A DNA stretch of 64,000 nucleotides, from assembly GCA_964606485.1 (NCBI GenBank), contig CAZSGP010000004.1, positions 166,376-230,375 of the forward strand, written 5' to 3'. This DNA is from an uncultured Planctomycetia bacterium. Lineage in GTDB: Bacteria; Omnitrophota; Gorgyraeia; 2-02-FULL-51-18. Of the stretch, positions 42,201 to 57,200 are shown piece by piece. Every line of letters starts with the position of its first letter. Position 1 is the first letter of the stretch. The notes beneath the pieces were generated by a model. It worked only from the letters and a program-made list of their open reading frames with translations, was not told the DNA's origin and made no database searches. A program made the translations under genes and the position numbers.

Positions 42201-45200
42201 TCTTCCGAGCGCGTGGACGTGGAACCGGCGACCGGTTCGGCAGATACAATGCTCGACCGCGTGATGGTGACAAAGACAATCAACGATTATGATTCGCAAC
42301 CGGGCTTTGTGGTGGTGACTTCGAACTCCTACGGAATTTCCGCGCAAGGAACGCTTTCAACTTCTAATTCGCAAACGAAATTCAAGCTCACCGGTGACGC
42401 GTTTACTCAGCCGTTATTTATTTCAGGTTCCAATACCGATTATCATTTAGTAGAAGATAACGGAAACGTCTTCAACCTAAGAAGCTTGCTCACCTCCGGA
42501 AGCCAAAACTCTCCAGCGCTCAGCGACGGGTTTGGATTGCTCGACGGCTACGACACAGCGGCTGCAAACGGCGGCAACTGGTTTGGATTTTTAACCGCTG
42601 ACCCCAATCCCGGCACACGCAATTTAACGCTGAACGGATTAACAATCCGCGTGGGCTCGGTGAGCGGGGTTGAAACTGTTTCTCAAACGTATAGCGCCGA
42701 TGGAAATCCGGATCGACAGGTCGAGCGCTTCTTCACAGGAACAGGTGCCGGAAAAATTGTGAACACCACTCGTGAAACGGTGAATCACTACGTCTCACCG
42801 CAACCGGCAAGCCGCCTGACGCAACTCGGGTTGCCATCTGGGTTTAAAATTATCGGTGATCGCATGACGACGGATTTTTATGATTCGAGCGCACAGGCCA
42901 AGTCCGTGAACACGGTGGTGTTTAAAACCACTGGCATTGATAATCCCGTTACGGCGCCGTCTCTCATGGAATCCAATCGCACGGTAACGTTCTTAACAGA
43001 CGGCACGACGCAATCCACCGAAAATCATACTTACACTTATAAAGCCTACGCCAATCGTGGCGCCGCTGTTTCCACCGACGCCGATTTAAAACCTTTTGAT
43101 GTGCACCATGAAATTACACAGGAAATCATCGAACGTTCACCGACGGGGGCTGTGTTTAACGCCGGTGACCAGGCTAATCAAAAACAAACTATAAATTACG
43201 CACGCGACGCGATTGGAAACTTAATGTTCACCGATCGCATGAATGACAACGACCCCTCGTCGCGCAGTGTGGAATTTGCAGGGATGGACGCGGATATTAT
43301 GAATGCCGCCTCGGAAATTTTAGACGCTCAGCATGTGCAGATCAGCGGCAATGGCGGCACGCAATCCATCACCGATGCTTTTGGAAATCGTATGGAGTAT
43401 GACGCGCAAGGCGCGCCAAATCAGTACATTGAAGCCAGCGGCAACGTACTCTTAACCGCCAATCTTTCTGCAGTGATGACGGACACCGATCCGCTGTTTC
43501 AAAATTACCGCTACACCATCACTGAAAATTTAGGAAATGGCCTCACGCGTTCGTTTTCGTACGGATTAAATAATCCTTCCGAAGCACAAGCGGTTTTCGA
43601 GCGTTACGCGCAGTTTGCGGCGAATTGGAAATGGAATAACGCAAGCACGTCGAGAGTTTATTCCGGAGCGGATACGAGTCTTTCGGGTTATTCGATTCAT
43701 TACAATCCCTCTGGTTTTCCGGATAAAATTCTCAATGGGTCCAATGCGATCAATACGGTTCAATTTCTTGCCGGAACCGGAACTGAAACTACGGCGTTTG
43801 CAACACCTCTATCCGCCACTCCCGCATCTTCGTTATCTCCCGGAGCATTTCGATTAGTGGTGAATAACAGAACTTTACTTTATGGAACGCTACCCATGGT
43901 GAGTGTGAATACGTCTAATAACGTCACAAGCCGAGTGGTCACTGACCCCGGTTTCGATTGGGAAGTGGAATTCATGATGATGGCGCAGTTCACGATTAAA
44001 AATTTTGGTTTTAGCACAGGCAGCTTTGCCGGAAATGGTGTGGGAGCCGCCGTGAGTCTTACGGGTGTAACGCAAAACGGAACAAATATTATTCAGGGTA
44101 CTTTCTTAAATTCTCAAAATCAATTACAGGTGACAGATTCACGAAGTGGGGAGACGTTTACGGTTTCAACGGCGAGTGTGAACGGACAAGCGGATCTTGC
44201 ACGGCAACTGGCCATGGCCGCACTTGGTTCCGGAACTCAAACCACGTGGAACGGTTCGCGGGCCACCGGCCGCGCTGGAAATATTTATTACGCTGCGGAT
44301 TTTGACACGGCTTCCGCAATTCCATCCAATCTCGCCACCACGATTTATCGCACGGACGCGTCGCGCACACAAAATCAGGGAGCTTTGTTTAATATTGAGC
44401 GCATCAACACTGCCGGTGCAGACCCCACCAAAACTTTGGTGAAACTCACGAGTCTCGCAGATCACACAGTCACCTACATTTCTTACGATCAATTTGGTCA
44501 GCGGGAAATGATTCTGCGGCTTAAAAATGGAACGAATATTTCCCAGTTTGTGGCAAATGGAGAGGCATCCCTCAGCCAAGCTTCGGTTCAGGATTCGCTT
44601 AAGACACTCGCAACTTCCAATACTTTCGAAAGTGTCGAGTTTAATCAAAATATTCGCCATGACAATGGATTTGCGCAAATCATTCGCCAAGGATTCCAGA
44701 GCGCGCTCGATTCCAACATCACGCGGCTCGATTCGAACGGCAATGCGCTGACGGGTGTCACGACTTATTCGGAAAACCAAATGTTTGGGCCGTCGGGTCG
44801 CATTCTGTCATCAAGCTCCACTCGTCATGAAGTCGGAAGTGGCGTGGATTTGACGACGGTAAACAAGAGTCAGTTTTCGTACGACGCGCAGGGCAATCTG
44901 ATGGCGCAAAGCGCCCGCGAAACGCAAAACGGAACCAATGTTGGAAATAATATGTCAAATCCTTCGAACCCGACTTTTGCCATCAACAACGTTTCAAAAA
45001 TAACGGTGCTCAAAGGCGTGAAGCTCGACAGTCTCGGCCAACGCGTGACCATGGATTTTTCATCGCGTCAATCCGGACAAGGAATGCTTTCTTCGGGGCA
45101 GATGGATCCGCGTTCTTTTGGAGGCTCATTCGATCATGATCAGACCCTGATCCAAACGCTCGGAACAGTGACTCAGCCGAATGGTTTGGACGCATTTGGA

Positions 45201-48200
45201 AGACTCGTTTCGTCCACCACTCAAGAGAGAGAATTTTTTGGAGATCGCAATGGCTCGCGTACTGTGGGCGAGACGAAGACTGAAATGAATGGAATCGCTT
45301 ACGATACACTCAATCAAATGGCGGCCTTCCAAAAAACGGTGGCCAAAAACGGTCAGTGGGTGGACATTGTGCTCGACGCGGCGGGGAGTTTGTTGCCGGT
45401 AATGAATTTCTTAAGCAATGTCGAGCAAACCGATCAAGTTTCAACACCGGATTCGCGCGGAAGAATATCCACACGCACCACGATGACGACTAGAGACAAC
45501 GCGATTTTAATTCCAAATCGCGATTGGAACAATTCCACGGCTGTAGCGGGTGGTGGAGATTTGCTGGACTCGACTCACGGCGTGATGATTGGCGGAAAAC
45601 ATTATTTCGTATTTGCTTACGGCGGCGGTAGTTTGGAATTGTACAGCGGCGAAGGAATTCGCACGATAGCGCCTCGTCAACTTTCAGGAGCTTTGGCCTT
45701 GGGTCAGCATCAGACCATTCAATTGGCCGATGCGGGTATTTATTACGATGTTTACAACCAGGGGGATTATTTTGTTCTAACTCCCAAGGGCAATTTCGGT
45801 TCGCAAGCAGAAGCCAATGCCGCCGCCGCTTTGCGTTACACAACCACCACTGAAACGCGCGCCGGACCTTTGGCGCTCAGCGCGAACAGCACGTTTAATT
45901 CTCAGTACGCCGTGACTCCCAGCGGCGGAATTTCATACGACAATTTCTCCCGCCTCCAAGGTTTTGCCGATACAACAACCGTTACTCTTTTTGGAAATTT
46001 TGCGACCTACAACGACCACGCTTTTTCAGCCAATCACGCACAAATGACGTATGCGCATTTGTCGGGCTCCATGACTCAGCCGCACTGGACGAATCCTTTC
46101 TGGGCCGATGGAGCTACCGGTGAAACGGCAAGCAGCGGTCCGCCGTCTGTGACGCGCATTCATTCGACGCAGGACATTCGCTATGACGCGGCCGGACGCC
46201 AGCTCAGTCTCACGGACATCAATATTGAAAACGGATCGCGTCTTGTGAATGGGACTTCGCAAACCTACCGCACCGAATCGGTGACGCGCCGCACCGATAT
46301 GCGTTATGACTCGCAGGGCAGACTCGATTCTTACCGCGACACGCGAAGCTCCAACACTGACAAGTCCATCACCGTGACGGATCGTACCAGCACGCAGTAC
46401 GACTCGAGTGGTCAAGTCTCAGGATTTGAAGAAGTAAACCACACGACTGGATTTGATGCCGCCGGGCGACTTTTAAATCCCGCCGACACGACGAAGACGA
46501 GTGCGCTCGCCATGAATTTCACGAGCACGGTCCGCCAGTCGAATCTGCGCTACGACACGCTCGGTCGTCTCATCAGCTCGCTTCGCACGGTGGCAAGCCA
46601 AGGCCAAATGGCGTTTTCGGAATTTACGCGCTACATCGTTTATGACTTAAACTCCAACGCCGTGGACACGATTACAAGTTCCACACAGCTTGTGGCCGTG
46701 CCTGCTTCCGATCCTCAAGCCTACGCACAATTCTTAAGCACGCTTCCTAACGGCAGCGGTCAGCAGTACACCGATGGTATATTTGCGGCGGACAATGGCC
46801 AGCAAGGATATTTTGGCGCGCTCACTGCGGCACCGGTCATAACCGGCAGTGTGGCTACGCTGTCATTCAACGTTAATCTTTACCAGGGCGGAACAGCTTC
46901 AATTACGAACCGCCGGTTTTCCACGCTTTACCGCGCCGTCGGAACCAATCGCACTCAGTCTATCTTTGATACCTTCGGAAATGCCGTAAAGCAGATAACG
47001 TCAGTCCAGCAAGTGGTGCAAACTAGCGCCGGATTCGCAGGGTGTGACGGCTACGGTCAATTGGTGTATCACGCCCCCACTTATGCCACGACGTATCAGA
47101 CGGTGAGCATTATTCAGACCACGTTTAATTCGCTGAACCAAATTGTCACGCGAGTCATTCAACAATTTTCGAAAGCATTTAATAATTTTGTGAAGCTCGT
47201 GGTCGACATCATTCATCAGTCCGGTTTTGTGTACGACAGCTACAACCGCATTGTGAATTATTCGACGTATCAATTCATCAACACCCCCGGCACGCGCGGG
47301 ACCAATGTCTGGACACGGGTCACCCAAAGCTACAACGCGTTTAATCAGCAAATTTTCGAAAGCACGAGTGCTACGCAAATTACAAAGAGTAAAAAAGGAA
47401 GTTTCCGAATTACGCAGACGACGAACACTCAGACCAACACCGCGACCGTGTTTAATTCGTACGGTCAAGTTGCAAACACTCTTTCGAGAGAAGTGTTCCG
47501 GCAGGAATTTATAAAATCGAAGGGGACGGGGTTTGCCAAGCTTTATTCCAACAGCACGTTCGCGGCCGTTGTTTCGATTGTTGCCGTTCTGGCTGTTGTT
47601 GTGTCGTATGGCGCCGCATCCGCCGCATTGGGAGCTCTTTCAGCGCTCTCGAGCGCTTCCGGAGCTAGCGCCGTCGGCATAACAGCCGGTGTGGGAACTT
47701 CTGCTGGGAGCTCAGCGGCTGCTTCGGGTACTTTTGCAGGGTCCTCCTCTTTTGCAGCCGGTCAAAGCATCAACCCCTTAATGACGTATTATTCCTCATT
47801 CACATACTTTTCTATTTTTGATGATCAAAGAACCTCGATTGCTCAGCTCATAGAACTTGCTCCGCGAGATGGCGATGAGATGAGCCGTTTCGGACAAATT
47901 TGGAATTATACGATTATTGCGGCGACGGTCATTTCAGGTGTTGTGCTGAGTGTGGTCACTTTCGGCGCAGGAACGCCGTTGGCTATAGTGCTTAACGCGT
48001 TGGTTGCAGCTGCTGTGACAGCGGTGATTCAATCCGCCAACGCCGTGGTTCAAACTGAAGTTATGGGGCAATCCTCTAAAGGGGTTTGGGGTAAGGTGGC
48101 GGTGCAGGTTGCTACCAGTTTTGCTGCCGCATTTTTCGCGAGCGCTATTCAGTGGGTTGGGCTGGGAGCAAACGTGGCGGGGGGCGAAGGAATTGTAGCG

Positions 48201-51200
48201 AGCATGATTAATGAAGGGGCCACTGTCGCAGCGACGACCCTTGTAGGCGGTACAGCGAATTACCTTTATTTAAAACACGAGGGAGAAAGCAATCAAAAGA
48301 TTTTGAGGCAACTGAGCACGGGTTTCGCCATTTCGCTCGCGGTTACGGTTTTGATGGCGGGTCTGACAGGAGCGTTGGGTGGAGACCTCGCTAAAAAAGA
48401 CGTGTTACAGCCGGGTCTTTATATTGATAATAATAAACTTTCCGCTGTAGGTGGCCAATTTTATACCCGGCTTGGGAACGCCCTTTTTACCAATGAGATG
48501 TTTTTAAAGAGCATTGGCATGAATGAAGATTTTGGACGGGCCTTTTCGGCGGCCACCGAAGCTGTGATGGCCGTTGCCAATAGCCTAATTCCAAACGAAA
48601 AAGACCCAACTAGCGAAGACTGGTCTAAAGCTCTCGCGAACGCTCCATCTGGCGCATTCGATTTCGCAGCTCAATTTATGAAAGGATTTCTCGCGCGTTT
48701 AGCCGGAAGTTTCGCTGATAAAATCGTTGAAAATAATACCAAGCTGATCATTGGCGGTATTTTTAGCATTGCGAGTGCCGTGACCCAATTCGCGACGGTG
48801 TTTTTGAATATGATCGAACAGATGAGTAAGCTCATCGCATCCGACGGTAAAAATCAAGACGCTGATAAGACCGGTCGAGGAAACGAGCAAGAGAAAAATG
48901 CCGGTAAGAAAGCGCTTGATCCCTCTTCGACTGTGTTAAAGGCGTTTGAGGAAGCCGCTCAGTTCATTGAAGACTTTTTCGGGAATATTCCGGTGATCAC
49001 TCCAATCTTGCAGACCGTGATGATGGCCGCGGGAGCGGCGGCGGCCACCTTTACGAGTGCGGTCATGGCGGCTGTCGCAGTAGGACAGAAATTAGTAGAT
49101 ACGGCTATCTCCTTTGGCAGTGTCTTTGTATTTGCGGCAAAGGCCATTTTTGGTGATAAAGAGAAGAAGGAAGCCAACTGGAAAGAAGCGGGCGATGCCC
49201 TTCAAGGCGTCTTCAGTGGAATTTTAAATACGGTGATCGCCGCTATTCAGTTCCCGTTCAAAGTATTGAGTGATGCCATCACCGGGCTTGCCGAGACACT
49301 GGTGAAATTTATTTCGATTTTCGGAAAAGATTTTGCCAAAGATCTAAAAATTAATATTAATAAAATCGCAGGCGGCGCGGTGACCACTTTAACCGTTCTT
49401 CTCATCAATACTTCTCAGAATTCAGATGATGCCAACGACAACGCGCAGAGCGGTCTCAATAAACTCCAGTCACTTTCTAAGAATCTGGCGGACGATTTTA
49501 ATTCCTCCGATGGTTCACATGGCGCAGAGACGGTTGAAGCCATCCAAATCCGTGCGGGCAATGTGACTAAAATTTTAGGAGCGCTTCGCGACAAAGGTTG
49601 GCTGAGAGCCGATACAGTTTCATCAGCTTTGGATGTTTTGAACGCGCTCAATAAAATCAATTACGCCAAACTGAGCGTAGAAAATGCTATCAAACTTTCC
49701 GGAATACTAATTCAGACGCGGCTTGAGATGTATGGCATGGCGCTCGCTGCTGGAATTATGACGCCAGGTCTTTTAGGGGACTTTATCCAAAGCACGCTTG
49801 AACAGATGGGTGCGCTGTTTAGCACGGATAGAATGGATTGGGAGACTTATAATAAATTAAAGGGCGAGATCGTCAATTATATCCAAACGGCCGATCCTAA
49901 AATGGTTGCCGAGCAAAAAGGCCGCATCAATCAATTCTTCAATAACGCAGTAGCCGGCTTGGTCGCACTGCAAAAAAGTGGTAAACAAATGAAGACGCTT
50001 TCATTGGGCACCGATGAATCGGAATTAGAAGACGCTATTTTCAACACCGAAGGGATGGCCGCCCTTGTTTTAAAATCAGACCTTTCGGCAAACGGTGATT
50101 TTATTAAAAAATTTGCGGAAACGCTCAAAGATCCCAACAACAAGCTTGATGCCAAAGTTTTATTATCCGCCGTATTGTCGACGCTAGGGCCCGCACGGGA
50201 GATGTTGAAATTGGCACTGATCGATGGAAATATTTCTCAGGAAGAGTCGCTTGAAATCATCAACATGGTGGCCGATGGGTTAAATGGACTCGCTCCTTTA
50301 TTTGAAAATAAAAATGAAGCCATTCAAAAAGCGGCTGAAACCGTTCTCGGCCAGGCTAATGCACTGCTTGAAAAAGTAAATCCCGAATATCTCAAAACCA
50401 CTCAAGGCCAAAGACTGCTTACGGTAATTGCCACTGTGGAAAGAGCCTCTGGCAAGGCGGTGCTGACAAGCGAGGCATCGAGCGCCGAATCTCTACGCCC
50501 GACAGCCATGAGCCTGAGCGAAAAATTCTTAAAGAACCACTCAGAAATGAAGTCCATTCTCGCTATTTCAAGAGGCCGCTTTGAAACCGTCGAAGTAAAA
50601 GATCAAACATTGAAAGACGCGCGCGGCAACGTGATCAAGGACTCTGAAGGAAATGAGAAAAAATTCAGCGGCATTGCTTTAAAAGACCGCAAAACCGGCG
50701 AACTTCTACGCGATAACAACGGAAATTTAAAAATGGCCGTGCGTTCTATTGCCGGTGACAGTTTTGTGGTTGAAGTTAGAACCGCTCAAGGCGCCGAAGG
50801 TCGTTCTGGAGCAGGTTCCTCGAACGACGACCTGAGCGAGCTGGCGTCCAAAGGTTTCCGGCTAACGAAAATCGGCGAAGAAAACGGAGTGGTCCGTTAC
50901 CAGGCTTTTGCATTGGTCGATGGCGCGCAAATGCTTCATGACGGCGCTCAGTTCAATCCTTTTACTGCCGGCTCTGATCTGGAAGTCCAAAGTGGAATAA
51001 TGGTGAACGGAGATTTGATCGAATCAACCACGTCGACTGATTATGTGCACATTCAAATCGGAAAAAATGGTCGCGCTGAAATTTTGAACTCAGGATTTAT
51101 CACCGTGGCTACGGAGTTTAATGGCCAGCAAGCAAATCTGCGTATTTCATACGAAAAAGGCGGAAAAATTAGCGGCGGCCAAGCGTTGATTTTTGGCGAT

Positions 51201-54200
51201 GACAAACCGGTAGATCTAACGGCCATTGCCGGCGGTAAAGAATTTGTCATTGCGCGCGGATCCACACCGCTTCTATCTCTCGATAACCGCGAAACCACGT
51301 TTATGGATTCACTGGGTCTGTCGGTGACCCGTTCGCTGCATTCGGATTTGGTCGGATTCACCCGCGAAGGAAAGTCACTTGAACTTTTGAGCAGCAAAGG
51401 TGAAGTAGAAACGCGTTTAGGATTCCAGGTCGGAGGAGAGGGAAGCTCCTCTGCAGAAGTTCCGGTGTTTCGTCCCGAGCTCGGACTCGGGAATTATAAC
51501 GTTTATGTCCAAGGTAAAAATTATTACGAAGTTTCGTTAAATAAAGATTCCAGAATGCTCGCTGTTGGCGGAGAGCTCAAACCTACCGCGCTCGGCGCGG
51601 GCGGACAGGGTAGCCCTATAAATATTTTTGCTAAAAACGCTGCAGGTAGTCTTGTTCCGGTCGGCCATTCTGAAGTAGATGTGCAAGCCAACGGATTCCC
51701 GGTTGGCGGTGAAAACTTCACCCGCGTGGCGCAGCGCATTCAGTTCAATGACGACGTCGACGACGCAACCAAATCGCTTTGCCGCGACACGCTGAAAATG
51801 GATTCGGAAATATTGGTGAGTTCAAAAGGCGTTTCCACTTTCCGCGTGGATCGCAATTCGCAGGGTGCGATTTCGATGCTCAGTTATTTTGGAGAGGTTA
51901 GTGCCGATACCATGGCCTCATCCGCGGCGGGATTAGCTGATATGGGCATTCGTCTAAAAGGTGTCAACGCCGATGGCCAAACCATGATTTCGCAGATTGA
52001 CGAAAAAGGTTATGCGGGCACAATGACGATTTTAAATTCGAAATTTATTTCCGAAAATCCTGGCGCGCCGATTGACGCTAAAATTCTCATGCCCGATGGA
52101 ACATCCAAAAATATTTCAATCAACTCTCAGACGCTGATTCGCTCGACGGGTGCTGTGAATTATATTCCCGACAACGACGACGGTAGGCCGTTTGAATACC
52201 GCACGGGCGATGTATTTTCAAGTTACGAGGTTGCGGGAGTAAATGCTGATCAAGCAAAAGTGGTGAAGAGCAGTTTGGCAACGCTCGGCTTGAGGCAGAC
52301 TGAAAACACAGCCGCGATTGTCCGCACCGGCGCACCAGACGAAACTGGAAAAGTTTCGGACATTATCGTTGGCACCGGCCGCTTCGACGCGCAGGGAAAT
52401 CTTTCTTGGGTATTGCCGGCGGGTCAACAAGACCGCATTGAAAAAATTAGTGCAAATGGAGCCGCTGTTAGTTTTATTGCGGGAGCCAATGAAGTTCGTG
52501 AAATAGACGCGGCCACCCATACGGATCGGATAGATTTTGAAATGAACGCAGTGACGGCGCAAAAAGTCACCGAAGCGGATTTCAACGAAGCTAAACAAAT
52601 GGCCATTCAATTCGGCTTACGCGCACCGCCGGACGATATCGCCGATGGAGCGCCACGAGTTTTATTCTCTGCCAATGGCGCTCAAATCACCGCCACTTAT
52701 CACGCTTCCTTTAATGAATTAGACGGTCGACCCACCGGTTTCATGCTCGATAAGGGCCAAGATGGCCAAGTGGCGAAGTTCTTGGGTCTCACGGAATACA
52801 CATTCCCATTTTCAACTAGCGCAAACACTCTGCTTCCGGCCGAACAAAACGAACTGACTTCTATTTTGAGTCTCGCGCACGACGCGATGACCGGGAAAAA
52901 CCAAAACTTAAAACTTGTTTATAACGACGATCACACGGCTCTGACCATTGAAAACAAGCGTGAAAATGGTTTGACCGTGTTCACGACACTGGATAGTCAA
53001 AATCCACAACCCGTTTATGAATTATCGGCGGGCGGTGAGAAGCATACCTTAAGCCGCGAAACAGATGGCTTCCTTTATATAACAGCCCAGGACGGCCAGC
53101 GGATGGTGCTGGATCTCGGAAAGCAGATTATTCCAAACCAAGCCCGTGAAAAAATCACGGTCGACAATCTCCGTGTGGATGGCATGACGCTGGACGGCGC
53201 ATTCTTTGGCGCGTATACGGTGAGAGGCGACAAGAACCGCGTGGTTCAAATCTTGGGTGGAGCAGGCGGCGCAGCTGGCACGTCTCCGCAGGGATTGGCG
53301 TCTAAAGGAGAAGTATTCAATAGCGACGTCGAAGATCAAAACGGAAACCTTCACACGGCTCTAATCGGAATTAACGGCACGTTCGCTTATCTTGGCAATG
53401 AAGTGAAGTTTAAAGAGCCCGGCAGTGAACTGCTCGTTAGATATAACGACGCCGGTGTGGAAGGACTGTTCTCCGACAATCGCCGCGTTTACGAAGGCAC
53501 TGTCGGATTCAGTCAATCGGGTATGGATTTTTCTGTGGATACGATTGCCGATATTATTCGTGAGGGAGACACGATTATTTTCGGCTCGTACGTGAATTCT
53601 GACGGCGTCAAAGGTTTTGCTTTGGAGCCAGGACAGGAAAAAGCGATAGCTAGTTTCTTGAATATTACGGAAGAAAAATTAAGCGAAAAATTAAAAGAAC
53701 AACCCGCAACGCTCGCCGGCCGCGTGGCCATGGCGCAAACCCTTGGCAATGTCCAACTGCTTCACGCCGCTGTGGGAATGAAAGAAAAAATTGGCGTTAA
53801 AGATATTCCGCTCGTTTCCGATGAAGCTGCGCTCAACACCGCCATTGAAAATTTGGATCACAAAGCGCTAGCCGGAATGGTGGGAAATATTTCTGCAATC
53901 AAGGCCATATCTGCGCGTCAAAACGATGTGCTTGGGTTTGGAGAATTTAAAATCACCGTTGCTCAACTAGCGAGCGACCCTGCTCTTGCCAAAGATGCAG
54001 ATTTCCTGAGTTTTGCTTCGAATGTGTTGGCGCTTTCCGACAACCAAGTGAAGGTGGTCAAAGTTGGCGGCGTTGACCGAAGCGTGGTGCCGCAATCAGC
54101 ATGGACGCTTGCAGAAATGGTGCGTACTGCTGATCTCGAAGGCGTTACTGCTGCCGTAAGCTACGCAAGTCTTGTGCTTGCCGCCGCGGGTCATCAAAAA

Positions 54201-57200
54201 TTTATTGAGTCCCAGGGTCTTGGTGGAATGAATGCAACTTTGAATGGACTGCTCGATCTTGCCCGATTTGGACTCATTGGCGGCGACTACGCCTTTATGA
54301 GTGCCGCCGCTCAAACGATTCAAGCGGGCCTTGGTGCTTTGGATCAAAAACAAAACGAAGACGCGACTCGCAGCCGGTTTAACGCTCTTGAAGATCCGAA
54401 GATGAAATTGAATGCCTCAGTCTATTCGTTTCATCTAGATGAAGCGCTCGCCGCGTTCGAGAAGGGAGATCTTGCCGCATTTTCTCAAAAATTCCAGATC
54501 GCCCAACAAGGCCTTGGGCTTTTAGCGGCGATCGAAAATAAACAAGTCTCTATTGCCGCATTCGATCAAGCGGGCCTGCACGACATGACGATTAATTTTG
54601 GATATTTGTTGGATGACGCAAAAGTTGCCTACGGTCAGGGAAATTTTGAAAGTTTTGCCAAAAAATTTGAAATGATTCAAGGCGGGTTTGCTCTGCTCGA
54701 GATGAAGAAAAACGAAGCCAAAGTGAACGGGCGTTTTGACACGCAAGGTCTCTCAAGCGCTAAAGACGTTTACAACCGCGAAACCGCGCTGGCCATCAAG
54801 GCCTATGCGCAAGATGATGAAGAGGCATTTGCAAATCACTTTGGAAAATCTCAAGCAGGTTTAAGCTTGCTGGCTATTGCCGAAGCCCGCGTTCAAGCTC
54901 CGGACAATTTGAAGAAGGCAGGTCTCGGAGCTTTAGAGTCAGCGTGGAAAAAATCATTTAGTAGCGCTTCCGACGCGTACGGCAAGCCGGACGCCACTGA
55001 ATTTGAAAAAGCCATGGGTGAACTCAACGTGATTGGATTGGGTGTTGCGGCAGTGCTCACCAAAAAAGTTCCTGCAGCGACCGCTCAAAAAGCAGTCGAA
55101 GATTATTTGAATACCGGTCTTACCAAAGAAGTCCGCGGGGCGGCACTGAATTTCTTGCAAGATGTGACACAAGCCTCTCATCAGGTGAGTGTCGATAGCG
55201 TAACAGGATCTGTTTCAGTCTTAGCACGTTCCGACGCCAATAAATCTGTCAGCCGTCAGTATGATTCGAGCGGCAAGCGTCAGGGCTCATCGGTGATTTT
55301 CACACCCGATCCCGCTACCACCGAAAAAGGCATCACACTTTCATTCGATAAAGAGGACAATCTCGTCGGCCCAATCGAGCCGCACTCGCTCACGCTTTAT
55401 GGACGCTCTGTCACCATCGAAAGCCGTGAAAGTACTGTAAACGGAGCCAAACAATTCCGCGCCGTTCTTCACATGGACGTCACGAGTGAAAATCCGCTGG
55501 AAACAAATTTGAAGAATCTTCCTGCGGGCATGGATTCTCTTAAATTCACAGGCCCTATGGCGCTCGTCGTCAACGCAAACGGCAGTTTTACCGTCGAAAG
55601 CAAATTCATCACCGCTAAGATTGAAAATGGGGAGTACCAGCTCTGCCAAACGGCCATTGTGAACTGGCAGGGCGATTCGCTCTCTATTGAACGCGGCCGC
55701 ATGAATGTCACCGACGGCGCAACGTTTGAAATTGGAGCGACCGGCTTAGCTCATTACACCGACCCGACTGGCGGCAGCGGCCCTACATCCAACGCCAAAC
55801 TTCCGGACAAATCGATTCACGCATCTCAATCAGCCGATGGAACTGTCACTTTAAGCAAGGGCGCGATTGAAATTCGAAATAATGCGGTGGTGGTCACCGA
55901 AGGCCAGCAGTTCATTGTGGATGGACTGATTAAAAATTTCAAAATTGGAAATTCGCTTATTGGCGATAAGGGCGAGCAGGGTTCTTTGATCTACACTTCG
56001 GTCAACGGAGTTGCCCGTTTGGTTCAGTGGGGTCAAGTCATGGGAGCTCTGACTGGTCAGGAAAATGATCTGTTAGCGGCTGTCGAAAAAGTGGCGTCAG
56101 AACTATCTTCTCCAGTGGGACGCATCTATCACGCTAGCGTAGACAAACAAGCCAGTGCTCTCAAAGAAAAAATTTCAGGACTTAAAGAGTCGCTGAAAAA
56201 TCAGAGTGCTGAAACTAGAAAAACTTTGGTTATTCAGTTCCTACGAGGAGTAGAAAACATTGAAATTTCGGCATACACCAATTTTTTTGAAACCAGCGCC
56301 GGTTCCCGTGAAATCAAGGAGGGTGCCAGCACTGTCGGCGTGCGCATTTTGGATATTTTAAATTATGACAAGAAAGATTCTAAAATTTGGGGCTATGAGG
56401 CAACTCATGCCCTGGATAAAGATAAAAATTTCGAAGCTTCGCTAAGAAAAACCGGGGATGTTGTTTCTGAGGAGACAAAAATATTTTTAAGCGTGGCATT
56501 GGGGAATGCGGATGAGGCTGATAAGTTTCTCAATACCGATTCTGCTTCGAAAGTTAAAATTTTTGAAAAGATGGCCGATCAAGCTTGGAATGATGCCAAT
56601 AAAATGGTTGAGCGCTTTATGGGTCATCCTAAAGAGAGTGCTTATCATGCGGCCTACGAATATGCGCTAGAGTTACGAGCGGATGCGGGAGATTTCAAAA
56701 ACGCGATTGGAAAGTATAAATCTGGTGAATCATCTCTATTTGAATTGATGCATCAAGCATCATCTTTAAAAGGTGAGGGCGATGCTTCGATTATTGGCGC
56801 TGGGGACAAGCTGAGATTAGAAAAGAAAGAGAAGACCTTTGCGGCTCTGCTGGGAGACGCTTTACCTATTCCACATACCAATGCTGAAATTGCTGGTATT
56901 TTTAGTAAGGCTTTTCGAACGGGTAACCTTCAGGGCATTGAAACGGCACTTACCTTGCAAGGAATTTGGAGCACTTCAGGGCAATTGGTCGAGCTGATTA
57001 AAAAAGGAGGAACTAAAGAACAGAAAGCCGCTATTGCGGCTAATCGATGGAGAGACGCTGATATTGGGGCCGATGAGACAGTTGCTTCTGAGACTGCTGT
57101 GTTGCGTGACAAATTTTCTGCACATAAAGATAAGAATTTTAATCGAACCGATACGATTCAAACTGTTTACGAAGTGTTAGTGGCCGACCCTTCTTTATAT

